This document shows, piece by piece, positions 51,889 to 62,851 of a stretch of 64,000 bases of DNA (the first letter of the stretch is position 1; the number at the start of each line of letters is the position of its first letter). A program made the translations under genes and the position numbers. The notes under the pieces were generated by a model. That model was not told where the DNA came from. It saw only the letters and a program-made list of their open reading frames with translations, and did no database searches. This stretch comes from an uncultured Methylomirabilota bacterium (GTDB lineage Bacteria; Methylomirabilota; Methylomirabilia; Methylomirabilales; 2-02-FULL-66-22), in contig OY970067.1 in the NCBI GenBank assembly GCA_963705305.1, positions 1,216,001 to 1,280,000 on the forward strand, in the 5' to 3' direction.

Positions 51889-53135
51889 TGACCTCCGCAA
51901 ATATTCTCGTACATGAGTCACGCCACCAACCGCTCGAGGCCATACTCGTGGTGCAGGCCGCCAAGAATCGATCGCGCCACGACCCGCATGTCTCGCGGGA
52001 GATGATGCCCGGCGATCGGCGCGACCGGGAGCCCGGGCGGCGGGGCCGGCAAACCGGGCCCGAGGGATGGATGAGGGCGGCCCCGGTTATACTGGACTTG
52101 CCACAAGCGAAGCACGCGGCGCACGTGCTCCTCCCCGAACGGGATCAGGAACTCCAAGCATTCCCGGCGTAGAGAACCCAGCAGTCGCTCGCAGGGCGCG
52201 TTCGCCGTCGGCGCCTGGGCGGGCGTTCGGAGGACCCGGACGCCCATCGCGGGCACCACGGCATCGAGCCCCGCCGAATAGATGCTGTCCCAGTCATGGA
52301 GGATGAACCGATAGGCGTGCGGTGCGGCGAGGATCTCCCGGAACTGCTGTAAGGTCCACGCGGCAGTCGGGTGGGCGGTAACATTGACGTGCACGAGCCG
52401 GCGGCTGCCCACCTCAAGCGCCACGAAGACGTAGAGGACTCGGAACGTTGCGGTCACCGCGACGCAGAAGTCGCAGGCAACGACGGCGTGGGCGTGGTTG
52501 CGGACGAAGGTGGGCCACCGCTGCCCGCTTGCGCCGACCGGGTCCCCGTCCCCGCCCCTCGCGCGGTCCAGGTCCCGGCGGACGGTGCGGGGCGACACCC
52601 GGATCCCAAGCTTGAGCAGCAACTCCGCCGCAATCCGCTCTTCGCCCCACGTCGGATTGTCCCGGGCCATGGCGGCGATCAGGCGTTGCAGCTCCGCGGG
52701 GAGCGGGGGGCGTCCCGGGCGCGACCGCCAGCGCCAGAGCAGGCGGAACGCCTGGCGGTGCCAGCGGATCAGGGTGGCCGGCTGGACGATCGTGAGCGCC
52801 TCGCGCCAGGCGAACCATCGCGCGAGGAGGACGAGCGTGAGCCGGAGCGGGTCCGACGCCCGCCGGGGGTTCCCCGGCCGCTCGCGGTAGAGGGCCAGCT
52901 GTTTCCGGAGGAAAAGATTCTCGGCGGCCAGGCCGTCCGCGATCGGAGGCTGGTCTGCACGAACCGCACGAGATCGATCGCGAGCCCGACCAGAACGCGG
53001 GCACAGTGACCGCATGGCTGTAGAGGTTGCATAAGCTCGGATTCCCCTCTTTCAGGCGTGAATTGGTGATACCAATGAGGGCGGGGAAGTTTAGCAGGGC
53101 GGCGCGGGGTGCGGATCAATTATTTGCGGACGACA
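51889..53135 (-). mobile_element. rve/DDE element copy 2; transposase 51918-53032 frameshifted near 52932
   Basis: Ends TGTCGTCCGCAAATAA / TGACCTCCGCAAATAT; long identical blocks shared with copy 1. Confidence 0.8.
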
Positions 53136-53343
53136 GGACCGACATAGGGATGGTCACCACCAGCGAGTAGGGCAGGATGTACAGGAAGAGCCGGAGGACC
53201 GTCCAGATCCCGACGCCCTTGTTGACGATCAACTCGACCAGGCGAAGGATGTTATTCGTCAGAAGGACGAAGGTGAAAATCATGAGGCCGAGGCCGAAGG
53301 CCATCCCCATCTCTTTCAGCATGGCGCGATCTATGAGCGTCAT
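53136..53343 (-). pseudogene. lptF: LptF/LptG permease 5' fragment truncated by the IS
   Basis: IDR..LKE....F.LGL.IFTFVLL....LVELIVNKGV......LP..L..TIPMSVL stops at the IS end. Confidence 0.75.
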
Positions 53344-54058
53344 GTCGATTCCCCATGCTCAGGCCGAAGATGCGCGGAGATTCTATTTATGAAATTGGGG
53401 GTGGGCCAACAGTTTCTTGATGTATTTCTTTGATGTAATGTTGCAGTAATGTTCCTGCAAGGTTTCGTGCTCCCGGTGAGGTGGTTCATTTGTGAGGAAC
53501 GCGGCGGTGGAGCGACCGACCGGAGGCCAGCTAGCTGGACCAGACTTGGCGCCCGATCAATGTTATGCCTGCCGGCACATGGGGGTCTTTGAGCGCACCT
53601 TCCCTTCTATCCAGCCGGATTCTATTTGGAAGACAGGAGATTCACCCTTCATGGGGGAGCCATGCGGGACTCGAATGTGCAACCGCGCGGTGCGCTACGC
53701 CAGCAGGCCGCGGTGGCTGGGGAGCGCCAGGGGTAGTGGCTCGCGCTCCCCGCCGTTGGGTGCCGGGGTGGGAAGCAATCGAGAGGAGAACCAGGGTCGC
53801 ACGCGGTGATTTTGTATCACTCCCAGGAGGTCTTCTTGCTATCTCTCCACGTTTTCTGTATTCTCGATTCGCTACAGGCATCGGGCTGAAAGGCGCTGTG
53901 TGGTCGCCGGCCCTGGAGCCCCTCTTCCCGCACCTGGCGCGACGGCGCCTCGACCGGGGGGCTGCAGAGCCCTTGAGACATCCACCGAGGGCGGGTCAGG
54001 GGAAGGGCCAATCGCGCGTCCCAAGGCGTACCGATACCGAGGAGAGCGAGGAAGCAGC

Positions 54059-54312
54059 ATGACGATGAAGGCCGCCGCTCGCCACGCATTGTTGGGGTGC
54101 CTGGTGTTGTTGCTGGTGGCACCGCCCGGCGCCCTGGCGCAGGCTCCCCCCCCGCCCCCCGCGGGTGCCCCGGCTCCGCCGACCTTCTACGCGGAAGAGC
54201 TGGATCAGCTCCTGGCGCCGATTGCCCTGTATCCCGATGCCCTCCTGGCGCAGATCCTGATGGCGGCCACCTACCCGCTGGAGGTGGTCGAGGCCGCCCG
54301 CTGGGTCCGCCC
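54059..54312 (+). pseudogene. DUF3300-type secreted protein 5' fragment
   Basis: ELDQLLAPIALYPDALLAQILMAATYPLEVVEAARW, then runs into IS701 sequence. Confidence 0.78.
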
Positions 54313-54314
54313 CG

Positions 54315-54670
54315 GCCAAGTACTGGGTGGCCGACCTCCGCGGCGAGCCCCTGGGCCTCCGCCGGCTCGTGCCCCTGGCGAAAGGTCGCTGGCGGATCGA
54401 GCAGGAGTTCCGGGAGTTGAAGGACGAACTCGGGCTCGATCACTTCGAGAGCCGCTCCCGGACCGGCTGGCATCACCACGTGACCCTCGTGAGCATGGTG
54501 TACACGTTCCTCATGCTCGAGCGGGCCCGCGCCAAAAAAACCTCGCAGCCGACGTTGCCCCAGATCCGGCGGCAGCTCCAGCAGCTGCTCCTCCAGCTGG
54601 GTGAGTGGTGTCCGTAGTGTGGTTCGCGGTTAGAGTGCGACACGTCATATACTTAACGTAGTAATACTGG
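54315..54670 (+). mobile_element. IS701-family transposase 3' remnant
   Basis: RWRIEQEFRELKDELGLDHFE.RS..GWHHHVTL. Confidence 0.82.
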
Positions 54671-54699
54671 CCCCTTGCGGGCGGAAAGGATGGCCGAAC

Positions 54700-55365
54700 T
54701 TGGTGCAAGCATCAGGGATCTCCGCAGAGGCGATGGCGCTCCTCAAAGAAGCGACAACAGGCATGGTCAACGATGCCTTGGCCCTGGCTGGGATCCAGGG
54801 CAGCGTGGTCGGCATTCGGCCGGCTCGCGGCTTCGAGGACACCAAGATTATCGGGCCTGCCTCGACGGTCTTTCTAGCCCCGCCGCATCCGGATACGCCG
54901 GCGGCCAGCATGTACGGCACGATCCGGGAGCAGACGGCGGGGAACGTGCTTGTCATCGATGGGGGCGGATGGGACGCCAACTTCACGGGGGATAACAACG
55001 GGGAATGCGCCCGGCGCCAGGGCTTAGTTGGGGTCATCGTGAACGGCGGCGCGCGAGATGTGGCCGGATTCCGGGCCATCGGGTTCCCGCTCTTCTGCAG
55101 GGGACCGGAAACGCGTATTGGAAAAGTTCAGATCACCGGGGTCAATCTCCCCATCGAGGTGGGGGGAGTGACCATCCGGCCGGGGGACATCATCGTGGCC
55201 GATGAGGATGGTGTTGTGTCTATTCCGGCCAGTCAACTTTCGGCGGTCCTCGGCCATCTGCCGACCATTTTCGATGTGGAACGCGGCATGGAAAACGCCC
55301 TCAAGCGGCACGCGCCGGTGCCGGAGATCACCGCGATATTGGCTCGGAAAAAGCCGAGGAATTAA
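54700..55365 (+). CDS. RraA / HMG-aldolase family protein
   Basis: VLVIDG, G.RD, IRPGDIIVADEDGVV. Confidence 0.88.
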   Translation: MVQASGISAEAMALLKEATTGMVNDALALAGIQGSVVGIRPARGFEDTKIIGPASTVFLAPPHPDTPAASMYGTIREQTAGNVLVIDGGGWDANFTGDNNGECARRQGLVGVIVNGGARDVAGFRAIGFPLFCRGPETRIGKVQITGVNLPIEVGGVTIRPGDIIVADEDGVVSIPASQLSAVLGHLPTIFDVERGMENALKRHAPVPEITAILARKKPRN

Positions 55366-55675
55366 GCCGGCTAGTCATCCGCCTGGAGAGGAGCCTTGGA
55401 CGTGGGCGAAGCTAGGGCGAGCACTTCCGGGCCGGGACCGGGTCGTGTGCGGAATCGGACAACCGTGGGATTCGTTGCCCTTCGGGTCGGGGAATCCGTG
55501 ATTGAACGGGCGTCTCAGAGGGAAAGGGGGAGGAAACGAGGCGACACTTGTTCGTGGCGAGCGTGATCCTGACCGTAGCGGTCCTGATTGCCATGGCCCT
55601 CGTCGTTCCCTAAATTGATTGAAAGAGCGACAACCACGACGAACGAAAGGCGGATAGAGGCAGGGGAGGAAACCG

Positions 55676-56866
55676 ATGCGATACGACCTACTCCTAAAAA
55701 ACGGAACGGTGATAGACCCGAAGAACAATCGATACGAGCGGCTGGACGTCGCCGTACGGGACGGTCGAATTGCCGCGGTTCAGAAAGTGATTGCTGAGGC
55801 AGATGCGGTAGAGGTCATCGATGTCGCCGGCCGATTTATTACGCCGGGTCTCATCGACGCCCACCTGCATGTCTACTGCAATTCCTGCGATTTGGGCATG
55901 CATACGGACATCATATGCGCGCCCAGCGGTGTCACGACGGTGTGCGACGGAGGGAGCGCGGGTGCCCTTGCATTTCCGGGATTCCGAGAGTTGATCGAAC
56001 GCGCGCTCCGTGTCCGCTGCAAAGCGTTCCTCAATCTCTCCTTGATCGGCATCACAGGTGTCGAGGTGGCGGGCGAATTGACCAACCCAAAGTACGCCGA
56101 TCGCGAAGCTTGCGTTCGCACAATCTGTCAAAACCGCGATCTCCTCATCGGAGTGAAACTGCGGTTGGGACCCGACGTCACTTGGAACCCCTTGGAAGCC
56201 CTGCGGGTCGCCCGCGCAACCGCGGATGCCGCCGACGTGCCCCTCATGGTACATGTGACGAATTGCCCGTTGCCGCTCCCCACCGTGCTGGAGCATCTTA
56301 GATCCGGGGACGTGTTGACCCACCCCTTTCACAACTTCACGCATGGCATCCTGAATCAGGCGCGCACGGCTATTCTCGAACCGGTGTGGGAAGCGCAAAA
56401 ACGAGGCGTGTGGTTTGACTCGGCGCATGGGCGCATGGGCCATTTCAACTTCGGCATCGTCCGGAAGGCGCTCGACCTTGGCTTCCTGCCGGACGTGATC
56501 ACGACCGATCTGAGCCTTCCGAGTGCGTTGTCTGGGCCTGTTTTCGACTTGGCTACGACTATGTCTAAGTTTCTCGCTCTCGGCATGCCGCTGCCAGAGA
56601 TCATTTTGCGCACTACTGCTAATCCTGCGAAATTGCTAGGGCTGGCAGGCGAGCTAGGCCATCTGAGCGTCGGCGCACTTGGAGACATCGCGATCCTCGA
56701 GGTGCAGGATGGTGAGTTCGAGTTCACGGATACCGACAATAATACCATGAAAGGGCAGAAACATATCATAGCGGTTCAGACGTTCAAACAGGGGCGCATG
56801 TGGTATCGAGCGGGGGAAAAAGCAGGGGCAACGAACCGGAAGAGGCGAGCTTTCCTGGCCTTCTAA
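55676..56866 (+). CDS. Dihydroorotase-like amidohydrolase/deacetylase
   Basis: PGLIDAHLH, GVKLR, MVH, LTH, TTD, PAKLLG. Confidence 0.88.
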   Translation: MRYDLLLKNGTVIDPKNNRYERLDVAVRDGRIAAVQKVIAEADAVEVIDVAGRFITPGLIDAHLHVYCNSCDLGMHTDIICAPSGVTTVCDGGSAGALAFPGFRELIERALRVRCKAFLNLSLIGITGVEVAGELTNPKYADREACVRTICQNRDLLIGVKLRLGPDVTWNPLEALRVARATADAADVPLMVHVTNCPLPLPTVLEHLRSGDVLTHPFHNFTHGILNQARTAILEPVWEAQKRGVWFDSAHGRMGHFNFGIVRKALDLGFLPDVITTDLSLPSALSGPVFDLATTMSKFLALGMPLPEIILRTTANPAKLLGLAGELGHLSVGALGDIAILEVQDGEFEFTDTDNNTMKGQKHIIAVQTFKQGRMWYRAGEKAGATNRKRRAFLAF

Positions 56867-57099
56867 GAAAACCGACTGCCCGGTGACAGGCACGAGTTGG
56901 AAGCCGAGGGCCCGGGCTTGTGCATGGAGTCGTGACTCCGTTCGCTGGCGGTATACACGTTCTGCCTGCGCGAGCTAGCTCCCGGCGTACAGGCCTCGCC
57001 CGTGGCCAGCAGCTGGCAGACGATCCCTGCACTTGTGGGCGGTAGCAATGACCGCCTGGGGGGTGCCGAGTGCGCGCAGCCTCCAATTGTGTTGAAGCT

Positions 57100-57945
57100 T
57101 CAAGTTGTCATTGGAACCCGGACATTCGGGACACCACAAAGCAGCCGCACAGCGTTCCCTCGCAGGATTGCCTCAGCAACAGCAGGGGCAAGATTAAAGC
57201 ATTCCACAGCTACTGCCAGCTTCTTCAAATTTACCTCTGCGTTCAGCGTGGGGCCATCACTGCCAAAGAGAACGCGGTTCGCGCCTAACTGCGCTGTGGA
57301 AGACACAAAAATAGCCTCAGGTTGGTCTGCGGTCTGTGAGGTGTCCAGATAAACATTCGGTGTTTCTTTGACAATGGATGGAACGCGGGTGCAAAGATCC
57401 TGATCCAATCCAAAGTGACCCAATATGATCTTAGCTTTAGGGAAAATACGAGCCAGCGCTACAATCTCATATGGCGAGCATACCTTGGAGTTGAAATCTG
57501 AATGAATAAACATGAAAACACCGGTGGCCTCAACCTCGGCCATCAGCTGCTCCATCACCGCACCCCCCAAGCTGTACCGCCCATGCAGGTCCGGATGCAT
57601 CTTGATTCCGCTTACACCGCCTCGAAGGCACCGATGGAACTCCTCGATTGCGAAATCCCCGTGGGCCGGTGTAACCGTGCACATGCCCACCAAACGCTCG
57701 GGGCACTCCTTTAACGCGCTAATGATATAGTCATTCGCTCTCCGGAATTGATCATGATCAAGCAGTCCCGTCACAAACGGGCATACGACGGCCCGCGAAA
57801 TTCCGTCACGGTCCATTCGCGCTAAGGCATTAGCGAGCGGGTACTCCTTTCCCTGATACACGCCAATGTGCGAGTGAATATCAAAAATGTCGGTCCATTT
57901 TCCCTGGTCCCTTCCGTTGAACAAAGCAGATTCTGCACCATTCAT
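57100..57945 (-). CDS. Amidohydrolase-2 family protein
   Basis: DIHSH, GIKMHP, ILGHFG, YLDTS, LFGSD; start at MNGAES. Confidence 0.85.
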   Translation of the reverse strand: MNGAESALFNGRDQGKWTDIFDIHSHIGVYQGKEYPLANALARMDRDGISRAVVCPFVTGLLDHDQFRRANDYIISALKECPERLVGMCTVTPAHGDFAIEEFHRCLRGGVSGIKMHPDLHGRYSLGGAVMEQLMAEVEATGVFMFIHSDFNSKVCSPYEIVALARIFPKAKIILGHFGLDQDLCTRVPSIVKETPNVYLDTSQTADQPEAIFVSSTAQLGANRVLFGSDGPTLNAEVNLKKLAVAVECFNLAPAVAEAILRGNAVRLLCGVPNVRVPMTT

Positions 57946-57984
57946 TTTCGACGCTCCTTCGCCTACCTCCCCTCCCAAGAGTGT

Positions 57985-58720
57985 CAAGGGAGCGGGAACT
58001 CCGGACAGTAATGGTCGATCTTTGCGATGTGCATCCACGTCATCCGAAAGTCGAACGCCCAATGAATAGTCACCTTCACTTTGTTGCTCATACCATCTAG
58101 CCCGGCGCCGGCGAACCGGAGGCCGGTCCACGCTGAGATACCATCGAGCTATGCTTGGAGGGACCTTGCCATCTTCACGAACGGGGCAGCTTGCTGTATA
58201 GCCTGCCCGCTGGAGCCCTCGTTGAATCGATAGTTCCAGAACCGCCGGGGCACCCCTTGAGCAGTGGCGCCCGCACGATGGGCGGTTTAGGTGGAGGGCC
58301 CCCCGGGAAACGAGTTCGCTCTGTCCTCATATTCTCTGAGTTCTTCAGCCAGAGGGGCCACATACGCGTGCAGGTGGGCCACTCGGGCTCCGCCAGCTGC
58401 CGCCACATCTCCCGGTGGGTGGGTCACCCGCTGCCACTTCTCGACCCAGGGCACTCGCTTGCACCCAAAGGCCACAAATCAGACACCTCACCCCCCGCGG
58501 GGCGTAGACGAGCTAGAGAGGCTGGTGCCCTGAGGTGAGTCCCTACCCGCGATACCCGTGGCTGCGGATCGACGTCACCTTGGGGCCGGGCAGGCATTCG
58601 ATGTGGGCAATCAGACCTCCATTAAGGAGCTCCTCGGTCTATGCCTCGGTATGCTCTTTCGTTCCGAGCAATTTCCCGTTAAGCCCTTCCAAGCCCATCG
58701 GGTCTGGACCTCCGCTCTCT
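57985..58720 (-). mobile_element. Internally deleted, degraded ISL3-family element
   Basis: Minus-strand fragments VPWVEKWQRVT, LWLKN, PFVKMARSL..LDGI.AWT...LDGMSNKVKV..H.AF.FR; ends approximate. Confidence 0.65.
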
Positions 58721-58825
58721 CGATAGCGATTTCAGAGAAGGATGACCAACCCACCCTCGCCATTCTCCTCTTTGTCACTACACCTTCAGACAGTTTAGGG
58801 TAGCATCCCATTATTCATGCAGTCC

Positions 58826-60121
58826 TCACTCTTTCATAAGGCGTTCCATTTGGGCCGCTGCCTCATCCAGAAGAGGTTTAGGTTGGCCCTTCCCGTAAAG
58901 GACCGTCTCGACGGCCTTACCGAAAATCGCGGCCAGTTCCAACGTCCTGGGGTGGTTGTAAGCGGGAGCTGCGGGCCGGGATAGCATCTCCTTGGTTGAG
59001 AGGTAGTCAGGTCGTGCCTTCATGTATGCCGACTCCAGATTTACCTTCCACGTTGGTATGAGCCCGTCGAGTTCATGCTGCTCTAGATCATCTTTCGCGT
59101 TGCTAATAAACCGCAGGTAGTCCCAGGCTATCTGCTTATTTGGACTATTCTTGTACACCATAACCGAAAACGGAAAGAGCGATCCTGGGCCAGGACAGAC
59201 CTTCCCGCAGGGGAGTGGGTGGACTCTCATAGAGATGTCGGGTGCGTTCTTTTCGACCCAACCATAGAACCAGGACTCTCGGGTAATCATAGCGGCACGC
59301 TTGTGGGTGAAGGCATCCGCTGGCATGCCGAAGGTGAGGCTTGACACTTTCTCCTTGTTCACTAAATCGCCAAAGAACTGGAGAGCAGCTACCATCTCTG
59401 GACTATTGGCAAAGCCCAATGCTTTTTTACAGTCCGGACTCAACAGGCGCGCGCCGAAGGCATGCGCGAATGGGAGGAACTTGTCCGTAATCCCTTCCGG
59501 ACTGCTCATATAACGTACTCCGTATCCAACTTGGACGGGTTCCCCTTTGGTATCATAAATGGTAAGCTTCTTCATGTCCGCGACCCATTCATCGAGTTTC
59601 TTTATCTGCTTGTCTGGATTAAGGCCTGCCTTTTGAAACATCCCAGCGTTAATATACAGTTGTTGGAAATTGCCGCCTTCCATCGGCATTCCGTACCAAA
59701 TGTCCTTACTCTGACCCGCAGGATCTAAGTAACTAAAGACATTCTCTTCCAACCTCTTTGCCAGGTCTGGAGGCATCTTGTCGCAAAAATCGTACTGTCC
59801 ACACCAGCCGAAGGTATTCCCGATGAAAATGTCCGGAGCATTCGTCCTGCCCATCATGGCAGACACGTACTTGGCGTTATACCCCTGTGTCGGAATTATC
59901 ACCGCTTCAACTTCGTACCCGCTTTTCTTGGCGAAGTCCTTGCCCCGTGTTGCGTACCAATGCGCAAAAGTTGGACTCTGTTCGAACATGGTCCACAACA
60001 CAAGCTTCTTCTGCTGCGCAAGGGCAGGATGGACGACACCGATCGCTACTACGGCCAAAATCACAGAAAGCGTCACGCAAACTCGTCGCACCATTTTATC
60101 CTCCTTCCCACTTGAGTCCAT
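58826..60121 (-). CDS. Carbohydrate ABC substrate-binding protein
   Basis: Signal peptide, APDI, LYIN..MF..AGL.P; start may be 60094. Confidence 0.87.
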   Translation of the reverse strand: MDSSGKEDKMVRRVCVTLSVILAVVAIGVVHPALAQQKKLVLWTMFEQSPTFAHWYATRGKDFAKKSGYEVEAVIIPTQGYNAKYVSAMMGRTNAPDIFIGNTFGWCGQYDFCDKMPPDLAKRLEENVFSYLDPAGQSKDIWYGMPMEGGNFQQLYINAGMFQKAGLNPDKQIKKLDEWVADMKKLTIYDTKGEPVQVGYGVRYMSSPEGITDKFLPFAHAFGARLLSPDCKKALGFANSPEMVAALQFFGDLVNKEKVSSLTFGMPADAFTHKRAAMITRESWFYGWVEKNAPDISMRVHPLPCGKVCPGPGSLFPFSVMVYKNSPNKQIAWDYLRFISNAKDDLEQHELDGLIPTWKVNLESAYMKARPDYLSTKEMLSRPAAPAYNHPRTLELAAIFGKAVETVLYGKGQPKPLLDEAAAQMERLMKE

Positions 60122-60359
60122 GACCCTCCACCCAACGCGACTTCCATTCCTTGCTCACTCAGGGTAACGTCGCTCGTGGTCGCGCCTGTTACACGCTTAT
60201 TCGCTGAGAAAGTGAGACTGTAGTAATCGGCCCTAGAGTGGTATCTGACGGCGATTCTGTCTGAGCGAGCCTTCCGATCTTGGCCTTGGCGAGGCTCGAC
60301 TCGGGCTCCTCCGAATCGCGGCATCTTCGGAGGTCGTGGTGGCCACCCTCGAGGGTCCG

Positions 60360-61530
60360 GAGCTGGCATCCGACGGGGCAGCCCGATGCCGTCTTGGGCC
60401 ATGCTTTCCCCGGTACTGGTGTAGTGGAGGCTATGTCATACGGGACCTCCGACGTCGAGCGCGACGAAGCCGAGGAAGCCCTGCCCTCTGGGCAGGGGGG
60501 AATCGAATCCTTGCCGGGGGATTATAAAGGGGGCCGGAAGTCCCCTTTATCCTCCTCCTTGATGGCCGGGGGGAGTCGTGGCATACTCGCACTATGGTCT
60601 GGCGAGCGCGCAGCCACGCGAAGTATGACTGCAAGTACCACCTGATCTAGTGCCCGAAACGGCGGCGCCGGCTCGGCGAAGCGGAGCTCCGCGCGTGGGT
60701 GGCGGAGACCTTTCGTGCAATCGCCGAGGAGTTCGGGTTCGCGATCGAGGAACTCGCGGTCGAAGTGGATCATGTCCATCTCTCCCTCGAGTTCCCGCCG
60801 AAATACTCGGTCGCGCGCGTAGTCGGAATTCTCAAGAGCATCTCCGCGAGCCGTGCTTTCCGCCAATTCCCGTGGCTGCGAGCGTGGTTCTGGTCGGGCG
60901 AACTCTGGGAGGACGGCTACGCGGTGCGCACGGTAGGCGACCGGGTTACCGCCGACCTGATCCGCCGGTACATCAAACGCCACGAGGAGGAGCAGGCCAC
61001 CAATCAGCTGCAGCTGTTCTGAGCGACGGCTGACGACGCCCCGCCCTTTGGGCGGAGAGGGTCACTCGCGAGACCGGCAAGTTTACTGGCGCAAGCATCC
61101 ACCGGTGGGGGCAGCTGCTCGGCCGTGAGTCGTACCTCCGGGCCCCGCGCGTGTTCATCCGCGCGGATGTCGGCGAGCGAAAAGGCGGGCGCCTCCAGAC
61201 GTGGAAGGTGCACTCTCAGACGCTCGCGGATCGGCTCGGGCTTCCGGTGGACGTCTGTCACTACCCGCCACGCACCAGCAAGTGGAACAAGGTGGAGCAC
61301 CCGCTCTTTTCCTTCATCAGCATGCACTGGCGGGGCAGCCCACTCCTCGGTTTCGAGGGCTTCGTCAATCTCAGTGGGCGCACCCGCACTAAGAGGACGC
61401 CCAAGGTCAAATCCGTGCTCCGGACCATCGCCTGCGAGTCGGGCGTGAAGATCGCGGACGACGCAACCCCCCCCTGCCCAGCTCACGCCTCACACGTTCT
61501 ATGGCAGCTGGAACCACACCCATCGGCCGC
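60360..61530 (+). mobile_element. ISAzo13-family transposase remnant split by the IS200 element
   Basis: WHPTGQP..V..H.FP...YG..D before the IS200; ASIHRW..., CHYPP.TSKWNKVEH.LFSFIS..WRG.PL after it. Confidence 0.7.
60474..61065 (+). mobile_element. tnpA: IS200/IS605-family element, tnpA only (60594-61022, internal TAG at 60648)
   Basis: HUH motif DHVH, KSISA, LWEDGY, YI..H; subterminal hairpins CCCTGCCC-TCT-GGGCAGGG and CCGCCC-TTT-GGGCGG..TCAC. Confidence 0.85.
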
Positions 61531-61606
61531 ACCCGACAGCCTAACAATCCGCATCGCAGCCACTGTCCTCAACATGGCGTTTGTAAATATTTCTATATGA
61601 CAACAC

Positions 61607-62518
61607 CTAACCTTTGAGTCCGCTCATGATCACCGCTCGGACCACCCACTTTTGAAGTACGACGAAAACAATCATGATTGGTACGACACTAATTACCGCC
61701 GCCGCCGTGACTAGGTTATACTCAATATAGTACATGTTCGTGAAACTTATGAGTCCCATGGTCACCACGCGCATTTTCGGTGAATTCACAACAACCAGCG
61801 GCCAAAAGAATGAATTCCAGGTCCACATGAACTTGATGATGGCCAGTGTCGCAATTGCAGGTTTTACACTAGGGAGAATAATGCGCCAAAATATGCCAAT
61901 CTCCCTGCAACCATCAATGCGAGCTGCATCGATATAATCACTAGGTACTGACTCAATACTTTGCCGCATCAGGAAAATGCCAAAAACACTCACTAGATCT
62001 GGCATCAGCAATCCGATGAACGAATCCAAAAGACCGAATCGGCTCGCCCATAAATAGAGGGGAACAACCACTGACTGGAAAGGAACCATCATGATAGAGA
62101 TGATCGCGAAAAAATAAATAGTCTTGCCAGGAAATTTGAATTTCGCAAAACCATATCCTGCCATCGAGCATACCACAACACTACACAGGCATGAGATAGA
62201 GGCGAGGAGTGCACTATTCGCCAAGAACCGAGCAAACGGTTCCTGCCTGAACACTTCGACGTAATTTGCAAAGTTACTCCAGTTCTCAGGTAAAATATGA
62301 AGCGGGACACGTTGGATCTCAGGCGGCGTCTTGACTGAAGTTACAGCCATCCAGAAGAGAGGAAAGATAACAGTTATAGCGCCACAAGCGACCAGGACTA
62401 TGCTGATCCAGTGTGCGAAGACTGAACTAACTTGAACGCGTGATGGCCTATGAGAACCAAGTTGAAAGCGCTTCGCTCGGGCAGTAGCCTTGGGGCAAAA
62501 TAGCCAATGGCCGACCAT
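61607..62518 (-). CDS. Carbohydrate ABC permease (MalG-like)
   Basis: FGIFLMRQ, DAARIDG, WNSFFWPL. Confidence 0.9.
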   Translation of the reverse strand: MVGHWLFCPKATARAKRFQLGSHRPSRVQVSSVFAHWISIVLVACGAITVIFPLFWMAVTSVKTPPEIQRVPLHILPENWSNFANYVEVFRQEPFARFLANSALLASISCLCSVVVCSMAGYGFAKFKFPGKTIYFFAIISIMMVPFQSVVVPLYLWASRFGLLDSFIGLLMPDLVSVFGIFLMRQSIESVPSDYIDAARIDGCREIGIFWRIILPSVKPAIATLAIIKFMWTWNSFFWPLVVVNSPKMRVVTMGLISFTNMYYIEYNLVTAAAVISVVPIMIVFVVLQKWVVRAVIMSGLKG

Positions 62519-62851
62519 CTTTGCCGCCTCTCCTGACTAGCGAAGCTGTGCCTCAAACCGACGAGTAACTGATTGACAGCGAGGTCGCTTTGATACCGAC
62601 TCTAGCCCGCGGGTCGCCTCCGGTACGCAGGCGCTGAACTCACGACAGCAAGAATACGTTGACGCCCTCGGCGCGGGGGGACGGGTTTTTCGAGCCACCG
62701 ACGCCGTGCTGTCCCGTCCCTGCGATCGGGGATACGAACCGCGAATCTTCACGCTCAGTTCACCCCCGCCCCTTTTGGGGGGAAGGAGGTTTTGCATTGT
62801 CTGGACCCCGTACGCCGACACGTTCGTCCACACCATAACCCTACAAGACGG

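Noticed and set aside
60648..60650. Pyrrolysine or readthrough at the tnpA TAG
   Set aside because: The position corresponds to a Trp codon, so a point mutation is simpler; no pyl genes are present.
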